This document shows, piece by piece, positions 33,232-43,108 of a stretch of DNA of 64,000 nucleotides. Source of the DNA: an uncultured delta proteobacterium (GTDB taxonomy: Bacteria; Myxococcota_A; Polyangia; Polyangiales; B10-G4); the NCBI GenBank assembly GCA_963727445.1, contig CAVSGI010000010.1, positions 480,001 through 544,000 on the forward strand, written 5' to 3'. The position numbers and the translations under genes are program-made. The notes below the pieces were generated by a model. That model was given only the letters and a program-made list of their open reading frames with translations, had not been told where the DNA came from and ran no database searches. Position 1 is the first letter of the stretch; every line of letters begins with the position of its first letter.

Positions 33232-34566
33232 ATGAAGTACGGGAGCATCAGGAAGGGGACGCTGGCGATGGCGGCATGCCTCGTCGCCCTGACCGGGTGC
33301 CTCGCGGACGAGGACGTCGGCAAGAGCGAAGCGGCGCTGGCCCACCCCGGGCCCTGGGACATCCCGGCCGAGACCGCAGCCATCGGCGACATGTGGTACG
33401 TCGAGAACACCCAGGCCGGCCCCTGGGTGGGGGAGAGTGGCTGCTACGGCGGCATCACCCCTGGCGCCCAGGTCCTCAAGGACTGGCTCCTCGACGCCTT
33501 CCCGCAGATCCGTTCGATCGGCGGCTATTCGTGTCGTCCCATCAACGGCGACTCCTCGACCATGTCGGTGCACGCCACCGGCCGCGCTCTCGACGTGATG
33601 ATCCCCACCGTCGACGGCGATGCCGACAACGACCTCGGCGACCCCATCGGCAACTACCTCATCGAGCACGCCGAGGAGATTGGCATCCAGTACATCATCT
33701 GGGACCTGTGGACCTGGAACGGGTCGCGCGCAGCCGGCAACAAGGAGCGGATGTACGGCGGCGCCCATCCGCACAACGATCACCTCCACGTCGAGCTCTC
33801 CGTCGAGGCGTCCGAGATGGGCACGGCGTTCTTCAGCGGCCCGATGGACCCGCCGAGCCTCGATGGCTGCGATCCCATCCCCGCCACTGGTGGAGAGGTG
33901 GACCAGGGCTCGACCTGCTTCTCGGCCTACGGGCCCGGGGCCTACTGGCGCAACGAGAGCGGGGCGGGCGAGGGCGGCTCGCTGCTCTGGACGAACGCGT
34001 TCGCGAGCGGTTCGCCGAGCAACTGGGCGCGATGGCACCTGAACGTCGAGGAGGCTGGCGAGTACGCCGTCGAGGTCTCGGTCGATCCCGCCTTCGGCGT
34101 GTGGAACGCGACGCGCTACAGCATCTATCACGCGGACACCGAGGATCTGGTCACGGCCGACCAGAGCATGAGTGATGGATGGATCCGCCTCGGCGTCTTC
34201 GACTTCGCCGCGGGCGCCGGCCAGCACGTGAGCCTCTACGACAACTACGACGGCACCGTCCCCGCCGACCAGCACATCGTCGCCGATGCGCTGCGGCTCG
34301 TTCCGACCACGCCCGGCATGGATCCCACCGATCCCGGTGTGGAGCCTACCGATCCCCCGCCGCCCGCCGATCCCCAGCCCACGCCAGGCGGCGACCCTGT
34401 CATCGACGACGATCCGATGACGCCGCCTGACGACCCCGCCTACTACGGACGTGGCGACGGAGAGATCCGCGGCGGCTGCGCCACGACCGGGGGCGCTCCC
34501 TTCGGTCCCGAAGCGCTTCCGTTGCTCGGCATGCTCCTCTTCGTGGCCCGACGTCGACGGCGTTGA
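33232..34566 (+). CDS. Lipoprotein with M15/extensin-like Zn peptidase domain, beta-sandwich domain and MYXO-CTERM-like tail
   Basis: Lipobox LTGC; GGYSCR..SVHATGRALD...HNDHLHVE; W.RLGVFDF..G...VADALRL; tail GGCAT-TM-RRRRR. Confidence 0.78.
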   Translation: MKYGSIRKGTLAMAACLVALTGCLADEDVGKSEAALAHPGPWDIPAETAAIGDMWYVENTQAGPWVGESGCYGGITPGAQVLKDWLLDAFPQIRSIGGYSCRPINGDSSTMSVHATGRALDVMIPTVDGDADNDLGDPIGNYLIEHAEEIGIQYIIWDLWTWNGSRAAGNKERMYGGAHPHNDHLHVELSVEASEMGTAFFSGPMDPPSLDGCDPIPATGGEVDQGSTCFSAYGPGAYWRNESGAGEGGSLLWTNAFASGSPSNWARWHLNVEEAGEYAVEVSVDPAFGVWNATRYSIYHADTEDLVTADQSMSDGWIRLGVFDFAAGAGQHVSLYDNYDGTVPADQHIVADALRLVPTTPGMDPTDPGVEPTDPPPPADPQPTPGGDPVIDDDPMTPPDDPAYYGRGDGEIRGGCATTGGAPFGPEALPLLGMLLFVARRRRR

Positions 34567-34611
34567 GCGTCACCCGCGCAGCCGGACGTCTCGCTCCGCT
34601 ATCATCGGGGC

Positions 34612-35871
34612 GTGGGTGAGCGAACGAGCGGCGGCCCCAAGCGGCGATGGCGTTTGCGGCGCTTGGTCGGCTGGCTCCTGACGGCGGTGGTGCTGGTGGC
34701 CGCGGGGCTCGGGCTCTCGCTCTGGCTTTCGCCGGAAGGGGTCGAGCGATACGCGGAGTCGCTGCCCATCGCGCGTGCGCTCCTCGAAGAGCCAGACGAG
34801 TCCTGGCCGCCACGTGACGAGGTCTCGTCTACGACGCATCCGGCGTCGAGCGAGGCGCCTCGAATGGATGCGGGCGCGCCGGCGCCGGAAGAAGAAGAGG
34901 AGGTCGAGCACCCGCGCTATCGCGAGGACGGCTCGCCGCTCTTGCCGCTGCCGCGTTCGCGGCCCGGCTTCGTCGTCACCGAGGGCGAGCACGAGGGCAT
35001 CTACTACTTCGAGGCGGTGATCGGCGAGGTCTCTCCCGACGGGCCGCTGCCCACCGTGGTGGTGCTCCACGGCCGCGACGGACGCGCCGAGCCGCCGGGC
35101 GGACCGTTTCACGGCCTCACGCATCCGGTGCGCGTGATCGTGCCCCAGGCCCCCGACCCGCTGCGGCGCGGCTTTCAGTGGATCCCGGTGTACGTGAATC
35201 AGGGCCTGGTCGACGAGCTCGCGGCCACGCTCTTTCGCGCGGCGAGCCGGGTCGCCCATCTCATTCGCGAGATCACCCGGCAGCGGGGCGTGGTGGGCCG
35301 GCCCATCGTGACCGGCTTCTCCCAGGGCGGGATCATGACGATGGCCCTCGCGCTCTATCACGACGACGTCGTCGGCACCGCGTTCCCGATCTCGGGTTGG
35401 CTGCCCCCGCCCCTCGAGCCCGCCTATCGGCGCCCCGATCTCGTCTACCCGCAGATCCGCGCCATGCACGGCTCCGCGGACGACACTGTGCCCATCGATC
35501 CCACCATCGCGCTCTTCGGTCGCCTCGAAGCGATGGGCTTCGACGCCGAGCTCGACGTGATCGAGGGGGTCGCCCACACCACCACCGCGCAGATGAACGA
35601 CGTCTTCCACGAGTGGCTCGAGGGCGCGGTCTGCCGCACGGTGGGCGATCTCGAATGCGCCATGAACGCCGACATCCGCGCGGCCGAGATGCTGGGCAAG
35701 CCCGTGGACGCGGGGCTCGTGGCGGGCGATGCGTACGCGCGGGATGCGTACGCGCGGGATGCGGATGCGGGGGATGCGGACGCGGGGGATGCGGACGCGG
35801 GGGATGCGGACGCGGGGGATGCGGACGCGGGGACGGACACGGGCATGGGCGCTCCTCACTCCATCGACTGA
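34612..35871 (+). CDS. Membrane-anchored alpha/beta hydrolase (phospholipase/carboxylesterase type)
   Basis: N-terminal TM; LHGR, GFSQGG, HGSADDTVP, GVAH triad motifs; acidic repeat tail. Confidence 0.85.
   Translation: MGERTSGGPKRRWRLRRLVGWLLTAVVLVAAGLGLSLWLSPEGVERYAESLPIARALLEEPDESWPPRDEVSSTTHPASSEAPRMDAGAPAPEEEEEVEHPRYREDGSPLLPLPRSRPGFVVTEGEHEGIYYFEAVIGEVSPDGPLPTVVVLHGRDGRAEPPGGPFHGLTHPVRVIVPQAPDPLRRGFQWIPVYVNQGLVDELAATLFRAASRVAHLIREITRQRGVVGRPIVTGFSQGGIMTMALALYHDDVVGTAFPISGWLPPPLEPAYRRPDLVYPQIRAMHGSADDTVPIDPTIALFGRLEAMGFDAELDVIEGVAHTTTAQMNDVFHEWLEGAVCRTVGDLECAMNADIRAAEMLGKPVDAGLVAGDAYARDAYARDADAGDADAGDADAGDADAGDADAGTDTGMGAPHSID
35728..35832 (+). repeat. 15-bp tandem repeat x7 (in frame, DADAG/DAYAR)
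   Basis: GATGCGTACGCGCGG x2, GATGCGGATGCGGGG, GATGCGGACGCGGGG x4. Confidence 0.92.
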
Positions 35872-38336
35872 CCCTCCACCACGGTGGCTGGCTCGGGGAC
35901 GGGGAGGCTGGTGGCGTCGAGGTTGGTGCCGTTGTCGCTGAAGCGCACGCGGTCGTTCAAGCGGCTGAAGTCGTAGCCGTCGACCTGGATGTTGGCGCCG
36001 ATGGGCGAGCCGCGGATCTCACCTTCGTGCAGGTCCATCATCCCATCGAAGGCGAGCTGAACGCCGGCGAGGAGGTTTCCGTCGACTTCGAAGCGCTCGG
36101 CGGTGACGTGGGAGCCGCGGTAGGCGGCCAGGCCGATGCCGCCCCGCATGCACATCGGCTCGGCGCACTCGGCCTCGCGCGTGCGAAGGACCGAGACGTC
36201 GTGGAGCTCGACCGTCGCGTTCTCGGTGGCCGTGACCCCGGTGGTGCGGTTGTTCTCGAGGTGCATTCGCGTGAGTCGAACCTGCGCTGGACCGATGGCC
36301 ATCACGCCGTAGCCGTTTCCCCACGTGGCGCCGTCGTTCTCGGTGTCCTCGATGGTGCCATCGTGGATCTCGAGGTCGCCCTGGAACACAGCGACGCCGG
36401 ACTCGTGGGCGTCGAAGACGTGCAGCCAATCCACCGTCACCTCGGCGCCGAGCTGGGACTCGAGGGCCCGGCCGAGCAAGGAGCCGAGATAGTCTTCGGG
36501 CGATGCGGTGTGGTGCAGGGTGTGGGCGATGGTGATGTCGGAGAGACGACCGCGCACCCCCTCGCCGGTGAAGACGACGCCCCAGCCGTGCGACTCCTCG
36601 ACGTGGACGCGCGACAGGTCCACCGAGCCGGTCTCCTGCACGTGAATCGCGAGCCCCATCCCCACGAGCTCCCCGCCGGTGGCCCCGTCCGTGCGGAGGA
36701 CCGTGAGATCGGTGCCGGCGATGGATGCCTCGGAGCCGGCCACGAAGAGACCGTCGGCGAGCGCGTCCGAGACCAGCAGCCGCTCGATGCCCACCTGCGC
36801 TCCGACCTGGGCCACGAGGCCTCGACCGACGTGACCTCGAACGGCGACCCGCGTATCGGCGATGGTGACGTCGGTGAGCTGCATCCGAGCGGCGGGATCG
36901 GAGGCGATCACGGCCTGGGTCCGCGCGCCCCGAACGAGCGCGCGCCGAATGGCGACCTTGGACGAGGCGCAGGCGAGGGCCACCCCCGATTCCACTGGAC
37001 CTTCGTCCGTGACGTCGAGGACGAAGAGATCTTCGAGGTAGGCGGTGGAGAGAAAGAACCGCAGCCCGACGGTGCGGGAGGCCTCGACCGACAGGCCGTG
37101 GGCTTCGAGGTGCGCCCCTTCGGTGACCCGGAGGCCGTCGCTCGTGGCATCGACGGGACGGCCGCGACCGATTCCCTCCACCAAGACGCTGTCGAGCAGG
37201 ACTTCCGTGCCGTCGTCCGACGCGTCCAGCCCGTAGGCCCCACATTCCTGCGCGTGCACCCGCGTGGCGGTGAGGCTCGCGCCACCCCCGGCGCGCAGGC
37301 AGGTGCTCGCCGGGGCATCAGCGCCTGCGTCCAGGATCGCCGCATCCGTCAGCGTCACGGTGGTCCCGGCGCCCTCTGCTCGGATGCCCACGCCGCGTAC
37401 CTGCGCCAACACGAGCTCCGAGAGCGCGGCGCTCCCGCCCTCCTCGATGGAGATCGCTTCGGACATCGGAGCGTCGATCAAGGCGCTCTCGAGCGTGAGG
37501 GCGCCACCGACGACGCGCAGAGGGCTCGCCTCGGCGTGGAGGTCGGTGCCATGAACGCTTCCGGTGGACGCGACCGTCACGCCGCCGTTCGTCATCCGCA
37601 CTGCGTCGAGGGTCAGGTCGCCGTTCACGGCGATCGGGCCTCGGAGCTCCGAGGCGCGGATCGTCGCCGAGGCGCCGGCGGCCAGCTCCAGGAGGTCCGT
37701 GGCGGTCGGGCCGAGGAGCGTCACCCCAGCGATGGTCGTGCCCGACGCGAGCTGTATCGGTGCGGCGCCGGAGAAGGTGATCTGGACGCTGCTTGCGCAC
37801 GCGCCGCGCAGGGAGACCCCGGCGGGCAGCGCGCTGGCGAGATCGTAATCGCCGCTGGCGAGGGCGAGGGTCGCGCCGGGCGCGGCCGCTGCGAGCGCAG
37901 AGGAGAGGGTGCCGAAGGGGCTCGCCCGCGAGCCGGTGCCGCCGCTGGCGCCGGATCGAACGAAGACCACGCCCGCGCCGGGCAGGTCGGCTGCGAACGC
38001 ATCGGTGGCGGGGCAGCTCTCGATGGGCGCGCACGCCGCGCCGGGCAGGAGCAGACTTCCCGCCGGGCAGCTCGGTGCTCCGTCGACGCGGGGCGTGCAT
38101 GCGGTCGCGCCATCTGCGCGGACGGGATCGCGCGCCGTCCATCCACTCGGGCAGGGCAGGAGCGAGACGGGGGAGGGCGCGGCCGGCATCTCGGGGGCGG
38201 CGGGGAGCATCGGCGCCTCGATCACCACATCGCTTGGCGTCCCGCCGTCGTCGCCGGCGGGCGCTTCCATTTCTCCATCGCAGCCGAGCGACAACGCCGC
38301 GACGAAGAGCGTGAACCGAACCCCGTAGCTCACCAT
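35856..38336 (-). CDS. Lipoprotein with right-handed parallel beta-helix repeats
   Basis: Lipobox LSLGC; GTGSRASPFGTLSSAL..A.PG..L.LASG.Y beta-helix cap; regular G-x-G-hydrophobic repeats. Confidence 0.82.
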   Translation of the reverse strand: MVSYGVRFTLFVAALSLGCDGEMEAPAGDDGGTPSDVVIEAPMLPAAPEMPAAPSPVSLLPCPSGWTARDPVRADGATACTPRVDGAPSCPAGSLLLPGAACAPIESCPATDAFAADLPGAGVVFVRSGASGGTGSRASPFGTLSSALAAAAPGATLALASGDYDLASALPAGVSLRGACASSVQITFSGAAPIQLASGTTIAGVTLLGPTATDLLELAAGASATIRASELRGPIAVNGDLTLDAVRMTNGGVTVASTGSVHGTDLHAEASPLRVVGGALTLESALIDAPMSEAISIEEGGSAALSELVLAQVRGVGIRAEGAGTTVTLTDAAILDAGADAPASTCLRAGGGASLTATRVHAQECGAYGLDASDDGTEVLLDSVLVEGIGRGRPVDATSDGLRVTEGAHLEAHGLSVEASRTVGLRFFLSTAYLEDLFVLDVTDEGPVESGVALACASSKVAIRRALVRGARTQAVIASDPAARMQLTDVTIADTRVAVRGHVGRGLVAQVGAQVGIERLLVSDALADGLFVAGSEASIAGTDLTVLRTDGATGGELVGMGLAIHVQETGSVDLSRVHVEESHGWGVVFTGEGVRGRLSDITIAHTLHHTASPEDYLGSLLGRALESQLGAEVTVDWLHVFDAHESGVAVFQGDLEIHDGTIEDTENDGATWGNGYGVMAIGPAQVRLTRMHLENNRTTGVTATENATVELHDVSVLRTREAECAEPMCMRGGIGLAAYRGSHVTAERFEVDGNLLAGVQLAFDGMMDLHEGEIRGSPIGANIQVDGYDFSRLNDRVRFSDNGTNLDATSLPVPEPATVVEGQSME

Positions 38337-38403
38337 CTCAGCATCCCACGTCTGCGGCGTGCGTAGGGTGGAGAAATTGCGCCGCGTCGGATACGTTGGA
38401 TCC

Positions 38404-39411
38404 GTGCGGTCCTCGATCGCGATGGCGATGGTCACGCTCCTCGCCTGTGGCTCGTCCGGCGAATCACCTGACGCGACGATGCCCGACGGCGCCCTCGACG
38501 CAGGTCTCGATGCGAGCGTGACGCCCGTCGACGTGGGGACGCGCTACGACGGAGACGCGCCTCCGCGCGCCGGCTTTTGCGATGCGCCGGATCCGAGGGT
38601 CGTGACGGATCTTCCCGCCACCGTGACGGTGGACACCCGCCTCGTCGACACCGATCACGCGCGACCGTCTCTCGCTTGTACCTCTGCCAGCGACGTCGTG
38701 TCGGCGGACGCGGTCTTCGCGATCGATGCACCCTCGGCCGGGATCGTCACGATGCGAACGGACGCCGCAGGCACCGACCCCTGGGTGGACGCGGTCCTCT
38801 ACGCCCGCGACGGCTGCGCCGGCGACGGGATGGAGCTCGGCTGCGTCGACGGATCGGCACCGCGGCTGGTGGTGGAGGTGGCGGACGCGGGGCGGGTCTA
38901 CGCCGTCCTCGACGGCTTTTCCGCGGTGGATCGGGGCGTGGTGGAGGTGACCGTCGACTTCGTTCCCGTTCCCCCGCTCACCCCCGCCGGCAGCGATCTC
39001 TGCGCCGACGCCCGGGAGATGACGTTCTCCGGCACCGGTGACACGCGGATCGCGCGGGCCGAGGGAGACACCACCGGCCTCACCAGCGACGACGGCTGCG
39101 ACGACGTGCCCTCTACGCGCGACCTGCCAGATCAGTTCTACGCGTTCACCCTCGACGAAGCGCGGGACGTCGCGATCACGCTCACACCCGTCGGGTTTCA
39201 CGACGAAGCGTTCTACGTCCTGTCCGATTGCGGAGCGACGGACGCGGCGGCCTGCGTGGACATGGGCCCACCCGGCTATGCCGAGTCCGCGTTTCTCGAA
39301 GCGCTCCCCGCGGGGCGGTACGTCCTCGGGGTCGACGCCTTCGCGCACCCCGGCAGCCCCGAGCAGGAGAGCGGACCCTATACCCTCGAGGTCGTGGCGA
39401 CGCGGCCGTAG
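38404..39411 (+). CDS. Lipoprotein with two PPC-like beta-sandwich repeats
   Basis: Lipobox TLLAC; duplicated D..F......D..LY...C.....C.D...Y..VD pattern. Confidence 0.75.
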   Translation: MRSSIAMAMVTLLACGSSGESPDATMPDGALDAGLDASVTPVDVGTRYDGDAPPRAGFCDAPDPRVVTDLPATVTVDTRLVDTDHARPSLACTSASDVVSADAVFAIDAPSAGIVTMRTDAAGTDPWVDAVLYARDGCAGDGMELGCVDGSAPRLVVEVADAGRVYAVLDGFSAVDRGVVEVTVDFVPVPPLTPAGSDLCADAREMTFSGTGDTRIARAEGDTTGLTSDDGCDDVPSTRDLPDQFYAFTLDEARDVAITLTPVGFHDEAFYVLSDCGATDAAACVDMGPPGYAESAFLEALPAGRYVLGVDAFAHPGSPEQESGPYTLEVVATRP

Positions 39412-39532
39412 CGGTCTCTTGTCCCGGCCACTGAACTCGCCACCTGCGAGCTCCCTGCCCAGAAACCCGCAGCTTTCGCCGGAATTTCTGCCGGCATGTC
39501 TCGTGAAAGGAGCGAGGGCTGGGAGAAATCAG

Positions 39533-41089
39533 ATGCGCCGTCATGTCACGATCCTCGTCGCCCTCGCCCTCTCGGGCGCCCTCGGCTGTGCCGCGAACAC
39601 CAGCGGTGACCCGACGGCCCAGCTCGTCCCGGCCGGAAAGGCCGACGACTACTACTCCAACGTCGCCACGGAGTTCGAGCTCAGGGGGCAGATTGCGGTC
39701 GCGCTCACGGAGGAGGAGCAGGCCGACGAGCAGCTGCGAAAGGAGCGGGTGTCGCGGCGGCTGACCGCGGTCGGCCTCTACCTGACGGGCTATCTGACCG
39801 CGAAGTTCCACGGCATCGACGAGAACGGCGATGGAGAGATCACCGAGGACGAGGTCTTCTTCCACAACGAGAACTGGGGCGGCTTCCAGGCGATGGTCCG
39901 CAACTACTCCCTCGAGGAGACCGAGGAGGGGGCTTTGGACGCGGGAACCTTCGTCGCGGGGTACACCGTCGACGTCGCCGGCCCCCCCGACATGCTCTCC
40001 CTCATCCCCGACGCCGAGCAGACGGCCGAAGGGGTGAGCTTCTCCTTCCAGATGCCCAAGAACGCCGAGGTCGATCCGGGCAACGTGCCGCGCGGCACGT
40101 TCCGCAGCTTCGACCCCGCGGCGTACGGCGGAGAGCTCGAGACCGTGACCCTCACCGGGCGCGCGCAGCCGACGATCGGCAACGCCTACCCGCAGTACGC
40201 CGCCTTCGTCGCCGACGGCGTGTACGACATCACGCTCTTTCAGGGTCACGACTACAACACGGCCCGCTCGGATCTCGCCCTGTCCCGCGAGGCCTTCGAC
40301 AAGCTCGATGGGCTCGGCTTCAGGGCGCCCGTCGCCACCTTCGACGACCTCACCGCCGACAGCGGCCCCTTCGTCCTGGACACCGAGTTCCGTGGCGAGC
40401 CCGTTCGGGTCGAGGTTCGCATCTTCCACTCGGACATGTTCGAGGGCCGCCGCCAGGAGCAGCACGACCTCGCGCTGTCGGAGATCGTCTCCCGCGACGT
40501 CTTCTTCTACAACGGCCACGCGGGGCCCTACTTCGGCTTCTATCTGGACGAGGCCTACGAGGCGACCGTGAACTACTGGGAGTTCGCCGAGGCGCCCTTC
40601 GACGCAGATCGACAGCAGCTCTTCGTCGCCCAGGGTTGCCAGACCTACTCGCAGTACGCCGACATGCTCTACGCCAATCCGGCCAAGAACGAGTCGAACC
40701 TCGACGCGATCACCACCGTCAACTACTCGTACGGCCAGGGCACGCTGCGCCTCCTCGACAGCCTCCTGTGGCTCGAGCGGCCGTCGGACTTCTACGCCAT
40801 CATCCGCACCCTCAACGGCGATTTCACCAACGACTATCACGACGTCTTCTACGGTGTGATGGGCATCGACGACAATCCGTCGCTGCACCCCCTCGCCGAC
40901 CTCGACACGGTGGGCTCGGCCTGCACCGCCGACGCGGACTGCGGCGATCCCCTCGGCAACGCCTGCGTCGCCACGACCACCGGCGAGCACCAGTGCGCCG
41001 TGCGCACCGTCGCTGACGTCTGCCCCGAGGGAACACACGCCGGACAGATCGCCGAGGGCGACACGATCCAGGGGCGCGTCTGCTACTGA
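39533..41089 (+). CDS. Lipoprotein, putative caspase/gingipain-fold cysteine peptidase
   Basis: Lipobox GALGC; GKAD; EF-hand-like DENGDGEITEDE; FFYNGHAG...LFVAQGCQTY; Cys-rich C-terminus. Confidence 0.65.
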   Translation: MRRHVTILVALALSGALGCAANTSGDPTAQLVPAGKADDYYSNVATEFELRGQIAVALTEEEQADEQLRKERVSRRLTAVGLYLTGYLTAKFHGIDENGDGEITEDEVFFHNENWGGFQAMVRNYSLEETEEGALDAGTFVAGYTVDVAGPPDMLSLIPDAEQTAEGVSFSFQMPKNAEVDPGNVPRGTFRSFDPAAYGGELETVTLTGRAQPTIGNAYPQYAAFVADGVYDITLFQGHDYNTARSDLALSREAFDKLDGLGFRAPVATFDDLTADSGPFVLDTEFRGEPVRVEVRIFHSDMFEGRRQEQHDLALSEIVSRDVFFYNGHAGPYFGFYLDEAYEATVNYWEFAEAPFDADRQQLFVAQGCQTYSQYADMLYANPAKNESNLDAITTVNYSYGQGTLRLLDSLLWLERPSDFYAIIRTLNGDFTNDYHDVFYGVMGIDDNPSLHPLADLDTVGSACTADADCGDPLGNACVATTTGEHQCAVRTVADVCPEGTHAGQIAEGDTIQGRVCY

Positions 41090-41101
41090 TATCCTCGTCC
41101 C

Positions 41102-42399
41102 ATGGCTGATGCGAAGACCGCCGCCGTGCCCGTGACGGCGGCGCTTCCATGGGCAACCTTCGCGCCCATCCTCGCGATCCAGTTTCTCGGGACCCTGGGG
41201 TTCTCCCTGGCCTTTCCGTTCTTGGTGTTCATCGTCACCGACCTGGGTGGGGCGAGCTGGACCTATGGTCTGGTGGGCGCGACCTATTCGGCGTTTCAGC
41301 TGGTGGGCGCGCCGGTCCTCGGGCGCTGGTCGGATCGCACGGGCCGGCGGCCGGTCCTGGTCGCGAGTCAGGTCGGCACCCTGGCGGCGTGGATCCTCTT
41401 TCTCGTCGCGCTCTCCCTGCCGCTCGTCGGTATCGTCGAGGTCGGCGGCGCGACGCTGACCGTGCCGCTGATCCTCGTCTTCGTCGCGCGCGCCCTCGAC
41501 GGTGCGACCGGGGGCAACATCTCCGTCGCCAACGCGTACGTGGCGGACATCACGCGCGAGCTCCCGGAGGTGCGGCAGATCGCCTTCGGTCGCATGGGCA
41601 TGGCGGCGAACCTGGGTTTCGTGCTGGGGCCGGCAGCGGCGGGGATCCTGGGCGCGACGCGCTGGGGGCCGCGCCTGCCCATCGCGGTCGCCGCGGCTTT
41701 CGCCGCCGTCACCACCCTGGCGATCGTGTTCCTCTGCGAGAGCCTTCCGGCCGCTGCCCCGAAGGACCGCCCGGTCCGAGCACCCTCGAATCGTGCCTCG
41801 GCCAGCAGGCCAAGCCCCATGACAAGCGGCCGGACAAGCGCGTCATCCGCGAGGGCTTGAAGCGCCGGCCGGTCGCGGTGGTGTTGATGGCGACGTTCAT
41901 CCTCTTCCTCGCCTTCAACTTCTTCTACGCCGGCTTCCCCGTGCACGCGGCGAGCGTCTACGGCTGGAACACGGGCGAGCTCGGCGTCTTCTTCGCGATC
42001 CTCTCGGGGCTGATGGTCTTCGCGCAGGGGCCGCTGCTCTCCTTCGCCTCCGCGCGCCTCGGTCGCCGGCCTCTCTTCGCCATCGGCGTGGGCTTTCTCG
42101 TCCTGTCGCTCGCCAGCTATCCGCTCGGCGTCAGCTGGGTTGCCTACGTCGGGGCGGCGTGCTTCGCGATCGGCAACGGCCTGTCCTGGCCCACGTTCCA
42201 AGCGCGCGTGGCCGAGGTCGCGGGGGATGAACAGGGCTCGGTCCAGGGCGCCGTGACAAGCGTGAGCAGCCTGGCGAGCATCGGCGGCCTGGTCCTCGGC
42301 GCCTCGCTCTATCCGCTCGTCGGCGGCAACCTCTTCTTCATCGCCGCGGCGCTCTTCGGCGTGGTGATGCTCCTGACACCGAAGTGGTTTCCCACCTGA
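41102..42399 (+). CDS. MFS transporter, TetA/DHA1-like (one frameshift near 41733)
   Basis: Motif A GRWSDRTGRRPVL; ARALDGATGGN..VANAYVADIT; the second six TMs are in another frame. Confidence 0.85.
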
Positions 42400-42418
42400 G
42401 CGTGGTCTGGGCCGCCTC

Positions 42419-43090
42419 TCAGCACGCCGAGCCCTCGACGCCCACGCCGCTCAAGAGCGTCTCGGCCGTCGCGTGCAGGATGGCGAAGGGGAAGTTCCCG
42501 TAGAGCATCGCGCGCCCCCCATCGAAGACGTAGGTTGGCGAGCCACGCACGCCGAGCGCCTTGCCCGCGGCGTCGTCTTCGAAGAGCGCGGCGAGACAGG
42601 TGCCGTCCTCCAGCTTGCCCTCGAGGGCGGTGACGTCGACGCCGATCGACTCGGCCACCGCGAGCTGTTCCTGGCGCCGCGCGATGTTTCGATCGCGAAC
42701 GAAGAAGTGCTCGCGCATCGCGAGAAGGTAGCGCGCGCCTGCGCCCTCTTCGGCGAGGCCCTGGCTCTCGAGGGCGAAGACCGCTTTGACCGCGGCGCCG
42801 CTCGCGAGCGAGCTGGCCGGCGGATCCTTCACCCACACCTCGCCGCTCACGTCGTCACGGCCCTGCGCACGGGCGACGCGTCGCGTGGTGTCACGCCGTC
42901 CCTCGGGGCCCGCCTTCGCCCACGAGCCGCGCTCGAAGCGTTCGGGCACCAATCCGAAGACCGGGACGATGCGGTAATCCACCTCGATGCGCTCGCCCCA
43001 CTCGTCCAGGATCTGCTCGAGCTTCGGCTGCGCGACGAAGGCCCAGATGCACAAGGGGTCGGAGTAGTAACTGAACTGAAGCCGCCTCAT
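42419..43090 (-). CDS. DsbA/FrnE-like thioredoxin-fold protein
   Basis: YSDPLCIWAF (CxxA), GVRGSPTYVF, LYGN. Confidence 0.8.
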   Translation of the reverse strand: MRRLQFSYYSDPLCIWAFVAQPKLEQILDEWGERIEVDYRIVPVFGLVPERFERGSWAKAGPEGRRDTTRRVARAQGRDDVSGEVWVKDPPASSLASGAAVKAVFALESQGLAEEGAGARYLLAMREHFFVRDRNIARRQEQLAVAESIGVDVTALEGKLEDGTCLAALFEDDAAGKALGVRGSPTYVFDGGRAMLYGNFPFAILHATAETLLSGVGVEGSAC

Positions 43091-43108
43091 CGACGACTAG
43101 TTATACCC

